Of a stretch of DNA of 64,000 nucleotides, positions 24,285 to 37,996 are shown piece after piece (within the stretch, counting starts at the first letter, position 1; each line of letters begins with the position of its first letter). Origin of the DNA: Anolis carolinensis. Lineage: Eukaryota. Where the stretch lies: contig NC_085841.1 of NCBI RefSeq assembly GCF_035594765.1, forward strand, positions 173,275,574-173,339,573, given 5' to 3'. The position numbers and the translations under genes were made by a program. Below the pieces are notes generated by a model that saw only the letters and a list, made by a program, of their open reading frames with translations, did no database searches and was not told the DNA's origin.

Positions 24285-24628
24285 CAGTGGTTCCCAACCT
24301 GTGGGCTGCAGCCCACTGCTGGGCCATGAGACCTAAAATAAGGTTCGCGAGACATGCGGAGAAAATCAGCTCTAGATTATTAAATATGGTTTTCTGTGGG
24401 CAAGCAGATGGCAACTACTGGATGGTATATGTTCTGCATCAGAAATTAGAGCTGATGTGGTCTATCCAATGCAATTTTCTGAATCAGTACCGCTAATAAC
24501 CAAACCGAATCTAAAGTTGACCAAAAACTGATTCGTAACCCTTTTAGTATTAATGTTGGAGAGTAATCCCTGGTCAAAGTGGTCCCTGATCAAGTGGTCC
24601 ATGGTCAAAAAAAGGTTGGGAACCACTG
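24285..24628. mobile_element. hAT MITE
   Basis: TIR cagtggttcccaacc; perfect 8-bp TSD ctctaaat. Confidence 0.9.
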
Positions 24629-26819
24629 CTCTAAATAAACTGCACTCCAATTCTATTGATAGCCACATTCAAATGGTTACAAAAGGGCTGCCCTTTTTTG
24701 TATTCCCAGCATACATAAACCTATTACCAATAGCTTTTACTGTTTACCTGACAGACACTTTGCATGCCTCCCACATCCAATCCTCTTTCCCCCTTTGCCC
24801 TCTGTGAGTGATCTTGAGTAAGAGGGAACTTACACGCACACACATTAAATGTCTCTACACACACAAAATAAAAAATAAAAATGTTGCCCCCTCCTCCTTG
24901 TGAGGCAAGACATGAGATCAACACTGAGGGATCAGAGAGTATAACTTGCTCAGGGTCACCCAGTGGATTTACTGGTTGAGCAACTATCTAAACTTTGGTC
25001 TGCAGTTGCAGTCCAGCGCTCAGACATCTATACACCATGCTGGCTCTTGTTTCAGTAAGACCTGCTTTGATTGTGCTTTTCCTGCATGTCAGTAGATTGG
25101 ACTAGATGGCCCATGTGGTCTCATCCAACTCTATTATTGTTTGATTCTATGACCTTTAATCAAGATTCAAAGAAAGCAGTTTATACCAGATGTGCAGATA
25201 TACTGTAGTATAACGTATATTTTGTATAATTGTTTGCACACAAATAATACTTCTTAGACAATTTTAGAGAAACATGTCTTGTTGAAAAACATTGTATTTA
25301 TAAAGATCATATTCCAGCCAAAGGCCCAAATGAGTTGGGACAGTCAGGAACGTACTGTGATATCCACATGATGCATGGGGACCATTCGTCCAAACTCCCA
25401 CCAAAGATGGTTAACAATGTCTTGTCTGGCATTTTAAAAAGTTGTGGGATGCTCTGGAGCTTCTCTGAACCTGTCCACACTTGGTGCTGGTATGAACAGT
25501 TGGGCTGGTTTCCATATGGAATTGGCCACAGCTGCTTAAATGGCCATCCCACTTTCCCCAGGATCCTGCAACTCAAGGACAGGAGATGGCACTTACTGTT
25601 TCCCTCTCTTTTGCTTCATTCTGTTCAGTGTCAGAGAATGCAGTATCATGCTTGGTGATCACTGCTGAGCCAAGGACAAGAGGAAGAAGGTAAAGGTGCT
25701 GGTCCAGTGGGTTTGGCACTGCTGGACTGTATTGACTGCAGCCAGCCAGCGGGGTAGTTCAGTGGATACAGTATAGACACCTTTAAGTTGCTGAACCAGC
25801 TTAGTTTCTGGCTGTGTGAACCCTTGTGGCACTGATCCAGAGTACACCAGACAGTGCTGCCTTAATGCATAGGCAGACAAAAATTTAACACTAAATTTCT
25901 GATCACACACCTAAAAATTCAAATCTCATGCTACCTTGGTAGGAGAAAAGTTATTTGTTGGTTTGTTTGTATTTGCAAGAGAAACTTTACTGTTTTTATT
26001 GCCTGCAACATTAAGGAAGCACAATATTGTAATGGATTCACAGGAGGCAATTGACAGCTGGAGACAATTGCTAACAGTGTGCATTTTCATTATTGGGAGC
26101 AGAGCCTCCGCTGTTTGTGTTCCAAGAATTCTAATAGTTTGATAAATGGTCAGAGGAAATTTAAGAAAATGAAGTGAGGAAAAAGAAACTGTATTAGTGA
26201 AGTTCATAACTAATCACTGAGCAAAAATGGAATACGTTTTGAGTGGGGCACAAAAGAGGAAATGAAGTGCAGAGGAGAAAGAGAAAACGAGCACTGATTT
26301 TGTTGAGGTACCAATAAATATAAGTTGACTTTAGCAAAAAATCATTTTTATTCCTGTGTGTAGTTGTGTAGGCAGGGCCCAGTGCCTTGGGGGGGGGGGG
26401 GGGCTATAATGCTGTTAAGATGACCCTGATCCTGTATTGGCATTGACGTATGCAGTCTGTCTATATGAGCCCTCTAGAAGTGGAAGTCCAATGCAGTCAT
26501 ATCATATCTTCAGAATATGCCCACTACTAGAATTTTGATTCATGAAATTCTAGTAGTGCTCTCTAATTCATGAGACTAAACTACACATACTTATTGAAAT
26601 CTGAGGCCTCTACCTTTCTCAAAATCTTCATTTTTGAAATGCATAGCATGGCTTGGAATGTTTTCAAGTTTGAAGCATGTTTTCTATTAAGGCCAGTTGC
26701 CTCTAGCAACACAGATTGTTTCTAAATGGCATTGTTACATGCATTTGATTTAGTGGGAGCTTATTGTGTTATGTCTACTGTTTATATATCACATTTGTAT
26801 CTTACTCTTTTCTAAAGAG

Positions 26820-27135
26820 CTCAGAATTTTTAAGCTGCTGCATGACATTGTTGGCTCAATGTTTAACTTGTTGTCCATGGGGACTCTTAAGATTTTTTTC
26901 ACACACACTACTGTCGAGCCAGTCACCCCCCATTCTGTATCTCTGTGTTTCATTTTTTCTGCCTAAGTAGAATATCTTGCATTTATCTCTATTGAACTTC
27001 ATTTTGTTAGTTTTGGCCCATCTCTCTAATATGTTAAGATAATTCTGAATTCTGGTCCTGTCTACTAGAGTATTAGCTATCCCAATTTGGTGTAGTCTGC
27101 AAACTTGATAATCGTGTCTTCTTACCCTTCCAATG
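26820..27135 (-). mobile_element. CR1 RT fragment
   Basis: [27 protein letters not shown]. Confidence 0.85.
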
Positions 27136-27942
27136 ATCATTCCAATCTATATCAACAACAAATCTGATAAGGATTAAGGTAAGAGGTAATTAGTTCCTCT
27201 AATGAACTTTATGACTCTGTAAGGATTTCAACTTAAAGCCCATAAGAGAAAGAAATGCAACATACAAGTATTTTTTTTTTAAAAAAACAACTTACCGTTG
27301 TTTCTCCTGTTCATTTTGGTAATTCTGATTAGGGGAACTCTACAGTTACATTAAGTGTACAAGGAAACATCAATGTTGACTCACCAAATTCCCATTTGAT
27401 TAACTTGTCTACTCCAGTTGAATCTAAGAATTAGATTTAGACTGAAGTGTCTTAAAATGTGCTTAATTTTATTGTCATCTTAACATATTCTATTTATTCT
27501 GAACTTAGTATTAAGGGTTTTTTTCATATAAAGAACCATATGATGGCAGCAAAGGCACCATTACACATATATTTGCATAGCAAAATGTTGTTCAAGGCTT
27601 CTAAGGAAGAAGACCATATCATGTAAGCTACCAATGTCACTTGAATACAATTGACTAGATGAAACAATTTCTCCCACTTGTCAAGTGCTGACAGAACTGA
27701 ATACAGTGCATATTTCTAAGGCCCTCTGCAACTATGAGAATGAGGCATTATTCACTCGAGGATAATGCACCACTGAATGTCATGTGCACCTCAATTCTGA
27801 AGGTGTGCATTATAAAAAAGGATCTGCTGTCAAATGTAATACAAGGCGGTGGTGGTAGCCACAAAAAGGCTGATGGGAAGCCTTTAAGGAAGTACACAAA
27901 TTGAAAAAGAAATTGATTAAAGATTTCAAATTGAAAAACCGT

Positions 27943-27948
27943 TTTATT
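27943..27948 (-). terminator. probable B3GNT2 polyadenylation signal
   Basis: AATAAA ~1.1 kb after the stop codon, at the end of an AT-rich repeat-free stretch, followed by a U/GU-rich tract (ttctttttcaatttgtgt). Confidence 0.6.
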
Positions 27949-29047
27949 TAACAATTTATATTTTCAACACATTTAAAATAGTGTACTCTATTTAAATATG
28001 ACTGACAACACTATACAAATATTTCTTAAATATATTTAAGAAAGTGTTTTGGTCTTCAATCTGAACAATAAATACAGGCACTTCTACATATATAATGACA
28101 GTCACTGGTTTGAATAACTGTTTGATGTAACTAACACAAATGAAGATATGGCAGGTAAGAATTAACAGTGTTATTCTCTGTCATTTTAGGCTTCACTTTA
28201 AAAGTATAGAGTTGAATAATCACATTTTCATGAGGCTGCAATCTTAGCCTCTAGAACAGGCCAAAATGATTTCTGAAAGAAGTAGCAATTCTTCATGTGT
28301 TAAATTGTCACGTTGCCATTTAAAAAATCACTAGAAAATACAGCAACAGACAAATGTTAAGCCGAACATTTAAACAAGAGACTGTGCAACTCTGATGCCG
28401 GTTTAAAAGGCTAAAAGGTTTGTCCATTAGTGAATCCATCAATGAAAGAAAAAAATTACCTCCAAAATCACAATTCAAGCTTTAAGTTTTATAACTTCTC
28501 AGTAACAGGCTCGTCTGGACTTTCAAATGCACTGTCATATGTAGACGGCATAATTGTCTCCACCATATTTAACCAAATACTGCTTTAAAAATCTTTCAGT
28601 AATGATTCATCATGTTTATGTATGTTACTTTCCAGAATTTTGAGTAAAAACAGTGTCTCAAGACAATGAAAGCAAATAAATCAGTGTTGATTCTACTATC
28701 ACAACTGGTTACTAGCACTAGAAACAATATAACCAATCTCACAGGATAACCAATCATTTAATCAATAATTAGTTAATCACAATGTCTGAAAGCTATGGTT
28801 TTTCAGTATTTTATTATGTGAAAGCACTGAGAGTGTGACAGTTGAAAGGTAAGTACAGTATTTCCGTGCCATATCCTCATGGTGTGTGTTCTGGTATTGA
28901 GGAAACCTCACTTTAAGTAGTACTGGACAAACTATTTTAAGCAACTTCTGATTTAGAAAAGAAGCCACCAAATGAAGTCAGTATACTAATAGTTAAGCCA
29001 AGAAATTTAAACTCAAGTTTGGAAAAATCCTTTGGACAGATATATAC

Positions 29048-30241
29048 TTAACAACTTAAATGTGGATTCTGCAAGTTTGTCCAAATCTTAATCATTTCTT
29101 GAGGTTTCCTACTGTGGACTAACATTAGGTTTGTGTAGGAGCAAATATTATTCCTTTGCTTCTCTTCAATATCAAATGTCTTAAAGCCTTTGTGTTTCTC
29201 TGGAGCAAGCCCAAGTTTCTGAAGGCACATTCCAATATACACATCATCAATAGGATAGAGAAGGACTTGGTCAGATATATTGGTTAACCTTAACGCTAGA
29301 TCACCAGAATAGAGAAACCCACCGCCTCCTGCATATGGAGGATAAGAGCCTTCATAAATACTTTCAGGAATGTAGTATTTCAGTTTCTTATCGCGATGAG
29401 GTCCAGCATCTTTGATAACGTCTCCTATGAACAAGTCTTTGGCTTTTTCCTTGGTCAAACTTTTCAAGTAATCCAGGATCTGATGAGTATTCACAAAAAC
29501 ATCATCATCTCCCTTAAAAATAAATTGGGCATCTGGACAGGTACTACTGACCCATTTCAAAAACAGTACCTCTTTCAAAGTCAAATTGAAGAAAGTGTCT
29601 CTGTAGTTCCACAGAAGAATGTCTTGGTGGGTTTCACTCTCAAATTTCAACATATCTGAGAGGTCAGGATAGTGATCCTCTGGAGGGGTCAGGCCTAACA
29701 GAAATACCCTCACAACAGTCATGTCTCCGGATTTCATTTCTTTTCCCCAAGACTCACGGATCGCTTGTCTTCTATCAAAATGTGGGATGAGCGATTTGAT
29801 AGCTAGGAGCAGAAAAGGTTTATGTTTGCATTTGTTTGGTTGGTCCATCAATAAAGAGTAATTTCTACACCTCAAGTAATGAAAGAAATCTTTAAACCGA
29901 TCTGGCAAGTTTGGAAAACCATCAAGCTCTGAAGCTACAAATGGGTCAGCTTCACAGTAGTTTGAAAAGCTACCATTAGAAGATAACCTTTCTTCCACAG
30001 TCATGTTGGAAAGAAATGCAAGAACAGGATTGTACAGGCGTTCCAGTTTCTGCTGCTGTTTATTCCAATAGGCCTTGTGAGGAGTATATTTTTTCCAAAA
30101 TCTGCTATCTGGTAATATAACATTTCTTTTTGAATTTTTCTCTTGGCCACTGCTCTTTGAGACTTCTACTATCACATATATGAAAAAGTTGACCATCATC
30201 AGAATTCCCAGCAACTTTAATCTTCTGCGTCCAACACTCAT
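29048..30241 (-). CDS. B3GNT2: N-acetyllactosaminide beta-1,3-N-acetylglucosaminyltransferase 2 (GT31), single coding exon
   Basis: 397-aa intact ORF: MSVGRRR N-terminus, type II TM anchor, FLLLAIKS, RRQAIRESWG, FFNLTLKEVLFL, KGDDDVF (DxD), YPPYAGGGG, IDDVYIGMC. Confidence 0.97.
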   Translation of the reverse strand: MSVGRRRLKLLGILMMVNFFIYVIVEVSKSSGQEKNSKRNVILPDSRFWKKYTPHKAYWNKQQQKLERLYNPVLAFLSNMTVEERLSSNGSFSNYCEADPFVASELDGFPNLPDRFKDFFHYLRCRNYSLLMDQPNKCKHKPFLLLAIKSLIPHFDRRQAIRESWGKEMKSGDMTVVRVFLLGLTPPEDHYPDLSDMLKFESETHQDILLWNYRDTFFNLTLKEVLFLKWVSSTCPDAQFIFKGDDDVFVNTHQILDYLKSLTKEKAKDLFIGDVIKDAGPHRDKKLKYYIPESIYEGSYPPYAGGGGFLYSGDLALRLTNISDQVLLYPIDDVYIGMCLQKLGLAPEKHKGFKTFDIEEKQRNNICSYTNLMLVHSRKPQEMIKIWTNLQNPHLSC

Positions 30242-30250
30242 GTCTCATAT

Positions 30251-30276
30251 CTAGAAAACAAAAAGTATAATTAGTA
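30251..30276 (-). other. B3GNT2: splice acceptor and branch point of the B3GNT2 coding exon
   Basis: TACTAAT branch point (30270-30276), then acttttTGTTTTCTAG|ATATGAGACATG; the exon starts at 30250. Confidence 0.85.
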
Positions 30277-33040
30277 AAAATGTAAGAGTATATGAACATA
30301 TTGTTGCAGATGAAAAAAATACAAGGATAGAAGAATTCAAAAGTCCACAAAAACAAAATCTCATCAGAGATCTCAGAACGACGGAATACACCAAGAAGCC
30401 AGCAGAGAACATGCAGGTGACCTCTACCAAACATTATGAATATTAAAGAGCAATGATAGTCTCAAAGAAGGGAAATAATGAAACTTTAAGGTTAATCACT
30501 TTAGAAAACATACTTCTATCTAAATAAGAGTCCCTTAGAACAAGAAATCAAACAAAACCAATGGAAATAAAATAGCTATATAAAAATTAATATAAGATTT
30601 GATACAGCAAGTAAACTGGTTCATTATATTGACATAGTACCACTTGTAGTTTTCATTACATGGTTCAAACATGGGACTAAAACCAACTGAAAGTGCAATC
30701 CAGAATAGACTCATTGAATAAACTGCTGAGTATAATTACTAGTGGTTCACTGAGTATAACTGTAGTTGAACTAGTAATAAGATTAAAGTGTTAGATTTTA
30801 AAAGGTCCATGTGCTGCATTACACAGTCTGCAATAACAATCATAGGATCATAGAATTAAGAGAGATCACAAAGATTTTCTCGTATTTTCAATATGAAATA
30901 AAAGGGCTGGCTGCATCCATTCTAATGTGATCATTTGACCATACTGCAGCATGTGAAAGAACTAAAATATATGCAGTTAAGAGGGAAACTACAAAAGTGC
31001 TGCTGCTAGGATATTCCACATTCTCCAGAACTAAATTTCACCTTTGGCTTGCTGGCATATTCCAAAGGTCCCGAGAGTGTGAATGGTTAGAATGGTACAA
31101 TATTGCTTTTGCTTGTTGATTGGAAAAATTAGAGCATGTCTACTGCAATAAATGTAATATCCAGAGATTATTTATTTACAAATGCTGTGTTGATAACGTA
31201 CAGGCCTTTTATCTATCAGAACCAACTCAAATATATATAAAAGGGCTGTGTGTGTAACCATTTGCTTAAAAGTTCTGTGCAAAGTTCAAAACTAGTGCAA
31301 TGGATGAAGAATGAGTTTTACCTTCCTCATTTACTGTTGGTTTGCTTCATTCACATAGACCACAAAGAAACAACACACAAACTGTTTATGATGTGTGATA
31401 AAGTCATCCCCTAGAGCTATTACATAATATCTTTATAACTTGTTAAGCAATGCAGATAACAGCAGGTATTTAGATCAGGATTGAAATCTCTCTTCAGACC
31501 ATTATGCCGAGGATGGGTCAGTCACTCAATCTTTAATGTCTTTTTATTTCTCTGTACTGTTACAATTGCTAAAAGAGACCACCAAAGTAGGAGCATAATA
31601 ATACCTTTTGCCAAAATTTGCATGATCAGTCTCTAGATCAGCAGAGGAATCTAAGTAGGTGAAACTATAAACAAAAATGACCAGGTACAATTTTTTTTTT
31701 TTTTGCATTTTAGAACACTGACCACATGAAGCAACGAAAGCTGTATTACTGGTTTTGATATTCTAAATCCAGTTCTACTGCATAGTGCTAGTTAGAGGAC
31801 AATTTTTACTCATGGTCCTGAGAAGATATGCAAGGGCGATGTTTACTATTTCATTTTTTATTAACAGTAAAAAAGTTTCAAGGATTTACCCTTTGACTAT
31901 TTAAAAAATATTTATAAGCAGCTTCCCTGCCTATTCCAGTGTTCAAATCTGTTTCCACAATATCAAAAAAAGATATAAAACAGTAAAAATAAATCTCTTT
32001 TGGTTCCATAAATTGCACTTGTTCTTTAAACACATGAAAGTTATTTGAAGGCTGACTTTAGAGTACTAAGAATGTATCTGATAAAACAGATTCTAATCCT
32101 GACAGAAAAGACTCTCTTTCCTTGGCCTAAAATGTTAAGGGATTAATGGGGGAAAAATTGAGCTGAATCCTAATAACTGAGAGGATTTTGTACATTCTCC
32201 TAGGCCACCAAAATCCACTGTGCCCACTTCGAAAGGCTGATCCAGAAAGCCACAGCAATATTAGCAATGTCATAAGATGTTATAGCTGGAGGGGGAACAG
32301 TCAATAAGCATTTCCCTTTCTTGTACAAGTGACTGTTGGATCCAACCTATATCCTGCAGATAGCAGTAGCAAACATAGTGTTATGTTGATCCCTTCAGTT
32401 GTTCTATCTAGAGATGTCTTGCCTGGTAGGAAGAAACTAGAATGTCTTCAATCCTTTTCTTTCTCTTATGTCCTTCCTTCCTTAAATATCCATCAGAGAA
32501 GGAACAGGAAAGCTCCATGTTGAACCATGGAGTACATATATGATCCAGCCCAGAAACAATAATTCGAAAAGCTGTAAAGATACTGAGATAATTGCAACTG
32601 CAAGTGGGCAAACATCCTATATGGGCAAATAGCAAGAAGCTGAAAAGCTATTAAAAAGTACTCCCATAATAAACATGTTCAGATTTCTGAATCAACATCT
32701 TCCCAGAAAGATGTACAGGGTACTGGAGTGTGCTAGCAAATTATTATATGTTAATAATGCACTACTGCAATCCAGTTTGAAGAAGTCTTACAAACAGGTT
32801 TCCAGAAATTACTGACCCATCCAGTTCTACTAAAGTTAGTCACTGTACTATAGTGAAGAAATAGAACTATTTTTTTTATAAATATATCCCTCCTTGCTGG
32901 GCAATTTTTACTTGTCACAGATAAATGGACACATGGGTACCAATAAGTCAATCAAAAAATCACTATGAATATATGATTTATCAAAATTATACATGAAATA
33001 ATACTGTGTCACATCAACTACTCTATAAAGTATTTAACCA

Positions 33041-33728
33041 TCTATATACATAACAAAAGTGAAAATGTGTATGTGTGTATGTCACATGGGTGTCTGCTCA
33101 CACAGACAGAGTCCCACCTCCACAAACAGACTATAGTTCCCACTAACCAGGAGACACCCATGTCCCTCCTTGGAAGGACATTGCAGGTTAGAGAGAGTGC
33201 CATGAACAAAGTGCCCTGCCAAGGTCCTCTACAAATGCCATACTGAAGTGAAGGCTTTAATTCGTGGACTATTTCCTCCTGGGTTTTCTGCTTTTTCTCT
33301 ACCAAAGACACCTCCCAGGGTTCCTTTCTCTTTCCATTGGTATGGAATTTGCATGACTCCATCCACTGCCTAGACCTAACACAGTCAACTTTGCATACTG
33401 GCAGGGTTTGGAAGTGATTGACATTGGCATCAGGAAGTTATAGTTCACCTGTATTCAGAGAACACTGAACCCGGCTGATGATAAATCTGGACCGAACTTG
33501 GCACACAGACCCAAGATGGCCAACTGTGAATACTGGAGGAGTTTGGGGAGGATTTATCTATGATTTTGGGAATTGTAGTTACCCCATATTCTTATGCATT
33601 TTGTAATGGAAGCATTCATAAAATACAAAAGTAAAGCAAAGCAAGGTGTTACAAATTACTGAACTAATATTACCTAACATCAAAAAACAAACAATGCCTT
33701 TTTCAAATAATCTGGGTTCCCAAACTAG
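33041..33728 (+). mobile_element. non-autonomous Helitron
   Basis: A|TC...CTAG|T with no TSD; homologous to 57981-59080. Confidence 0.75.
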
Positions 33729-35566
33729 TTATTTCTAAAACCAAGATATGTAGTTTTACATACTGATATTTGTGCTTATGCAAAATGCTATACACATGAA
33801 CACACAATCATTAACATAACTTACTTGAAGAGTCAACTGTAAATAGAAACTGTAGTTTCATGGGCAAAAAGATTAAATAAAATCTCCAGGAAGGCACTCC
33901 AAAATCATGCCTGCTCAAGTAGCTACTCTCAATATTTAGGGTTACAGTGTTCATAAGATAGGATAGGTAGAAACTGATGACTTAAAAAAATAAGGAAATC
34001 CATAGTTGAATTTGTATGTAAGCCAGAACAGACATATTTTTAAGTGTAACTACAGTTTGTCTGTCTAAGCTTTGGATAGCACAGGGAAGGGTTCTCGCCC
34101 CTGTGATGTTTGTTTTACTGTCTATGTCCCTGTTCAGAAGATTTCACATCATATTCTGTCCTTGCAGATTTTGAAAAATGTAGCTTGTTGTGGAAACAAG
34201 GATTGGCGAGAAAGCTTCTGTGGAGACAATTTTCCCCCATGATAATAACTCTTTCAAGAGTGAATTTCCGTTTTCAGGGGTAGATTTCTACCACTTCCTG
34301 TTGTTTCACCCCCATTCTTAACTAGGAGTCATTTGTAAATCAGATATTTGTTACTTGGGGACTGTATGTATACTGATTTTAAGAAGGTTTTAAAGATTTG
34401 ATAATTCGTTTAATATTCTTATTTATGTTTCAGCAAGGATTGGCATTTCATTTGCATCTGATGAAAATGTAAACTTTCAGTCTGTATCAGCCATTACTTC
34501 AGGCAAACACTCACAACCTGCTTTGTTTCTGCAAAGGCAAGCCAAGCCAAGGAAAAAATGAAGCAAAGCAATAGCCCTGGAGAGAAGATGAAAGTGCCCA
34601 CAGCTCATTGTCCCATATTTCCATACACATTTTCATAAAACCTCCTGAAAGCAGTAAACTGAGACCGCTGGTAAGAGTGACTTCTTCCAATGGCAACAAT
34701 CTGGGTAAGAAGAGGGAAGTGGAATGGGGGGATATGGTGTGTGTGTGTGTGTGTGTAGAAGTGACCCAATCATATGTAGCTTTGACTTGACACCCTGCTG
34801 GCACAAGGCCCGCACAGAGTGCTAGCATAACAGTGTGCTCCCACACCGAGAAAAGGCTGTCCACCTCTGCTATATGGCAATGTGTTAAAGATGTTACATC
34901 TACAATCAATAAATTTAAAAAGTATGAATACTGTGTAACACACACAAAGAAATGATTTAGTACAGGCAGTCTCCAAGTTACAAACAAGATATCTCTGTAC
35001 GGAGAGAAAAAGCGGGATCTAAATAAATGTAATAATAATATTCCTTTCAAGAGTTAGATTTCCCTCACTCCCTGTCGTCTCACCCACATTCTTAACTATC
35101 AGTCATTTGTAAGTTGGATGTTTGTAACTTGGAAACTGCCTGTAGTCATATTGATGTTATTAGGGAATATGTATGTAGTCTGCACAAGAAAATGTGATTT
35201 CAAAATGGTTTGAAAAGTTCTTTTCTTGCTAATATGAATCATGAATATAGGAGCCTCTCAGTTAACCAAAACTCAAACAACTGGCCAAAAAAAAATCAAA
35301 TGAAGTAACACTTTAAATAAAAATCAAAATAATTTTTAAAGCAGAAATCTAGGCCTAAACTCGGTGGGCTGCACTGTAAGCCACATGTTACTGAAGTTCA
35401 TTAAGTTTAAAAGTTTATTGACTACAATTTAATTAAAACTGCATACTGCATTCGCAAAGCTGTTACATTACATTTGTCTATATTGGTTTTAATTTATTTT
35501 AATTACAGTATTTTAATATTAATAACAAGTCAATACAGAGTTTACGGTACGGTATGGGGTATAATG

Positions 35567-35835
35567 AAGCCCCCGGTGGCGCAGCAGATTAAACCGCTGA
35601 GCTGCTAAACTCGCTGACTGAAAGGTCAGCAGTTTGAATCCGCAGAGCAGGGTGAGCTCCTGCTGTTAGTCCCAGCTTCTGCCAACCTAGCAGTTCAAAA
35701 CCATGCAAATGCAAGTACATCAACAGGTACCTCTCTGGCAGGAAGGTAACAGCGCTCCATGTAGTCATGCCGACCACATGACCTTGGCGGTGTCTACAGA
35801 CAACACTGGCTCTTCGGCTTAGAAATGGAGATAAG
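35567..35835 (+). mobile_element. Sauria SINE, cut by a mariner insertion
   Basis: gcccccggtggcgcag head and Sauria core. Confidence 0.85.
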
Positions 35836-35837
35836 TA

Positions 35838-36275
35838 CGAGCATTGAATGAAAAGTAATGCCTCCACCTTCGTAACTTCTCAACAGATGGCAGTACTGGT
35901 ATGCGGCAGGTACTGACTTGTTCAGTAGACTCTCCTCTATAGTTCCATTTGGTAGGAAGCCTTAGCATTGAACGGTTGTGTTGTTAAAGTGCAAAGTATG
36001 GAACCCTGCGCTGACAGTCGGTTAATGCGACTTGAGCAACGCGCAGTCATTGAATTCTTGACAGCAAAAGGTTTCACCCCAAAGGAGATTCATCAGAGAA
36101 TGCAAGCTGTTTATGGTGATTGTGTTGTGAGTACTGTGCGACGCTGAGTAAGTTTAAAGATGTTGAGTTGGTAACACTTGACTTGCGTGACAAACAAAGA
36201 GTTGGACGTCCTGTGACAGCAACTGAGTTTCACAAGCAAAAGGTTGACAGATTGATTCAGGACGATCGTGGCACA
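35838..36275 (+). mobile_element. mariner transposon 5' fragment with decayed transposase N-terminus
   Basis: TA|CGAG...AAAAGTAATGCCTCC terminus; from 36025 MRLEQRAVIEFLTAKGFTPKEIHQRMQAVYGDCV, then frameshifted DLRDKQRVGRP. Confidence 0.8.
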
Positions 36276-36699
36276 AAAAAAAGATGAAACGATTCAACAT
36301 GTCTCAGCAATTTTTTTTATTCAAAACTAACAATATGCACATGTGAAATGAATCAGTCAGGTCTCCTAAGCCTTGGATAAGTAAACAAAAACATTTGAAC
36401 CTTTTAAAAACCTTACAAAGGGCACCCAGGACAGAATTTTTCTTTTGCCATGCTCTACTTTTCTTACGATTCCCATTTTGATGGATAGATTGATGGATCA
36501 ATACTTCTTTTCTTTTGTTTTTTAATATGCTAGCGATAGCTGGCCAAGCAGGTCTATCTGCTTCTCCCACTTTTTCTTGCTTTGTTATTCATGCATGCAC
36601 TATAAGAATGTCTGAAGGCAGCAGTTCACCTTGCTTGTTTGCAGTACACTTAGCTACAGCAGGACTGGCTAGAGTAGACTCCTCACTTTTCAAGATCAA

Positions 36700-36863
36700 A
36701 CTTTCTTTTTCCCACCCTTGACCTTCCAGATATATAAACCTCCCTTGCATAGTTTCCAATATACCTCACAACCTCTGAGGATGTCTGACATAGATGGGGG
36801 TGAAACGTCAGGAGAGAATGCTTCTGGAACATGGCCATACAGCCCAGAAAATTCACAGCAACT
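36700..36863 (+). mobile_element. Penelope pLTR fragment with hammerhead core (36772-36812)
   Basis: cct-CTGAGGA-tgtctgacatagatgggggt-GAAA-C-GTC-agg. Core and stem I are intact; stem II is weakened. Confidence 0.8.
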
Positions 36864-37134
36864 GACTTTCTTGCAATGTTTACAGGAAACATATTGTTAT
36901 AACCCAATCCTGAAAGTCTCTTTCTCTAGCCCTCCTTTATCATCTTCTCAATGCCAATGCTGCTAAAAATGTTTCTAGCTGGAAAGAGAACAAAGAGACA
37001 AAGAAGATGGATAAACATAACAAAACTTTGTAAAAAGTAATTTCTTTTTCAGAGGACTTGTTAACATGCCTTTGCTGGTTTTCGATAGTAATCCTAAAAA
37101 TCCTTTAAGGGTAATATGATTCTGTATGTATGTA

Positions 37135-37492
37135 CCATATATACTCGAGTATAAGCCGAGTTTTTCTGCCTCTTTTAGGGCTGAAAAAGTCCCCTTCAGC
37201 TTATACTTGAGTGAGGGTCCTGGTCAGCTTATATTCGTGTTGGCTTATACTTAAGTATATAGGTAATCAGAGTTGGACAGTCTTATCTTAAATTACAGTT
37301 TTATGTAAATATTCAAAAACATTTAACCTACTGATGCCCCAATTGATGTAATTTTATTGGTGTCTATTTTATTTTTCAAATTTACCAGTAGCTGCTGCAT
37401 TTCCCACCCTTGTCTTATACTCGAGTCAGTAAGTTTTTCTAGTTTTTTTGTGATAAAATTAGGTTCCTCTGCATATATTTGAGTATATATGG
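37135..37492. mobile_element. Tc1/mariner(pogo)-like MITE
   Basis: TIR ccatatatactc / gagtatatatgg; TA TSD. Confidence 0.75.
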
Positions 37493-37996
37493 TAAGTATT
37501 ATGTATATATAGCTCCGTAAGTTCTTTACTTTAAGAAATAAATTATCTAAAATGCATGGATTTCTGTAGGCAACCGTTTCAAAGTGACCTTCAAGTTTAG
37601 ATCCCCTTTAACCACTTACCTATCATATGATCAGTTTATTATTTTGTTTTCTCCCCCACATGACTTCCTTGTCACTGCCTATCCTGCAGTTTAGTAGAGA
37701 CAATCACATTGGGACTGAGACTAGAAATGCTGTCAAATGTCTGGTCTATTTAATGGTTCTATTCCTATTTCCAACTAGCAGAGCAGTGAAAAAAAAGATG
37801 AGGCTGGAACACAATGTTGGTGATTGTGTTTTTAACCCTATCCCTATTTGTGATGGTCCTGGGGAAATGCTGGCCTCCCCAGCTGCTATTAATAAAAAAT
37901 GTCAACTTCTGCACAGTAGCACACTCTTCACGTCAGATATATTCAGAGGTTTGGGTTTTGTTTTTTTTAAAGTAAGTATTCATGCATTTAACATTA

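Noticed and set aside
33974-34010. CTGATGA-CTTA-loop-TAAG-GAAA hammerhead-like motif
   Set aside because: No stem I or III, no properly placed NUH, and a C-G rather than G-C closing pair; likely chance.
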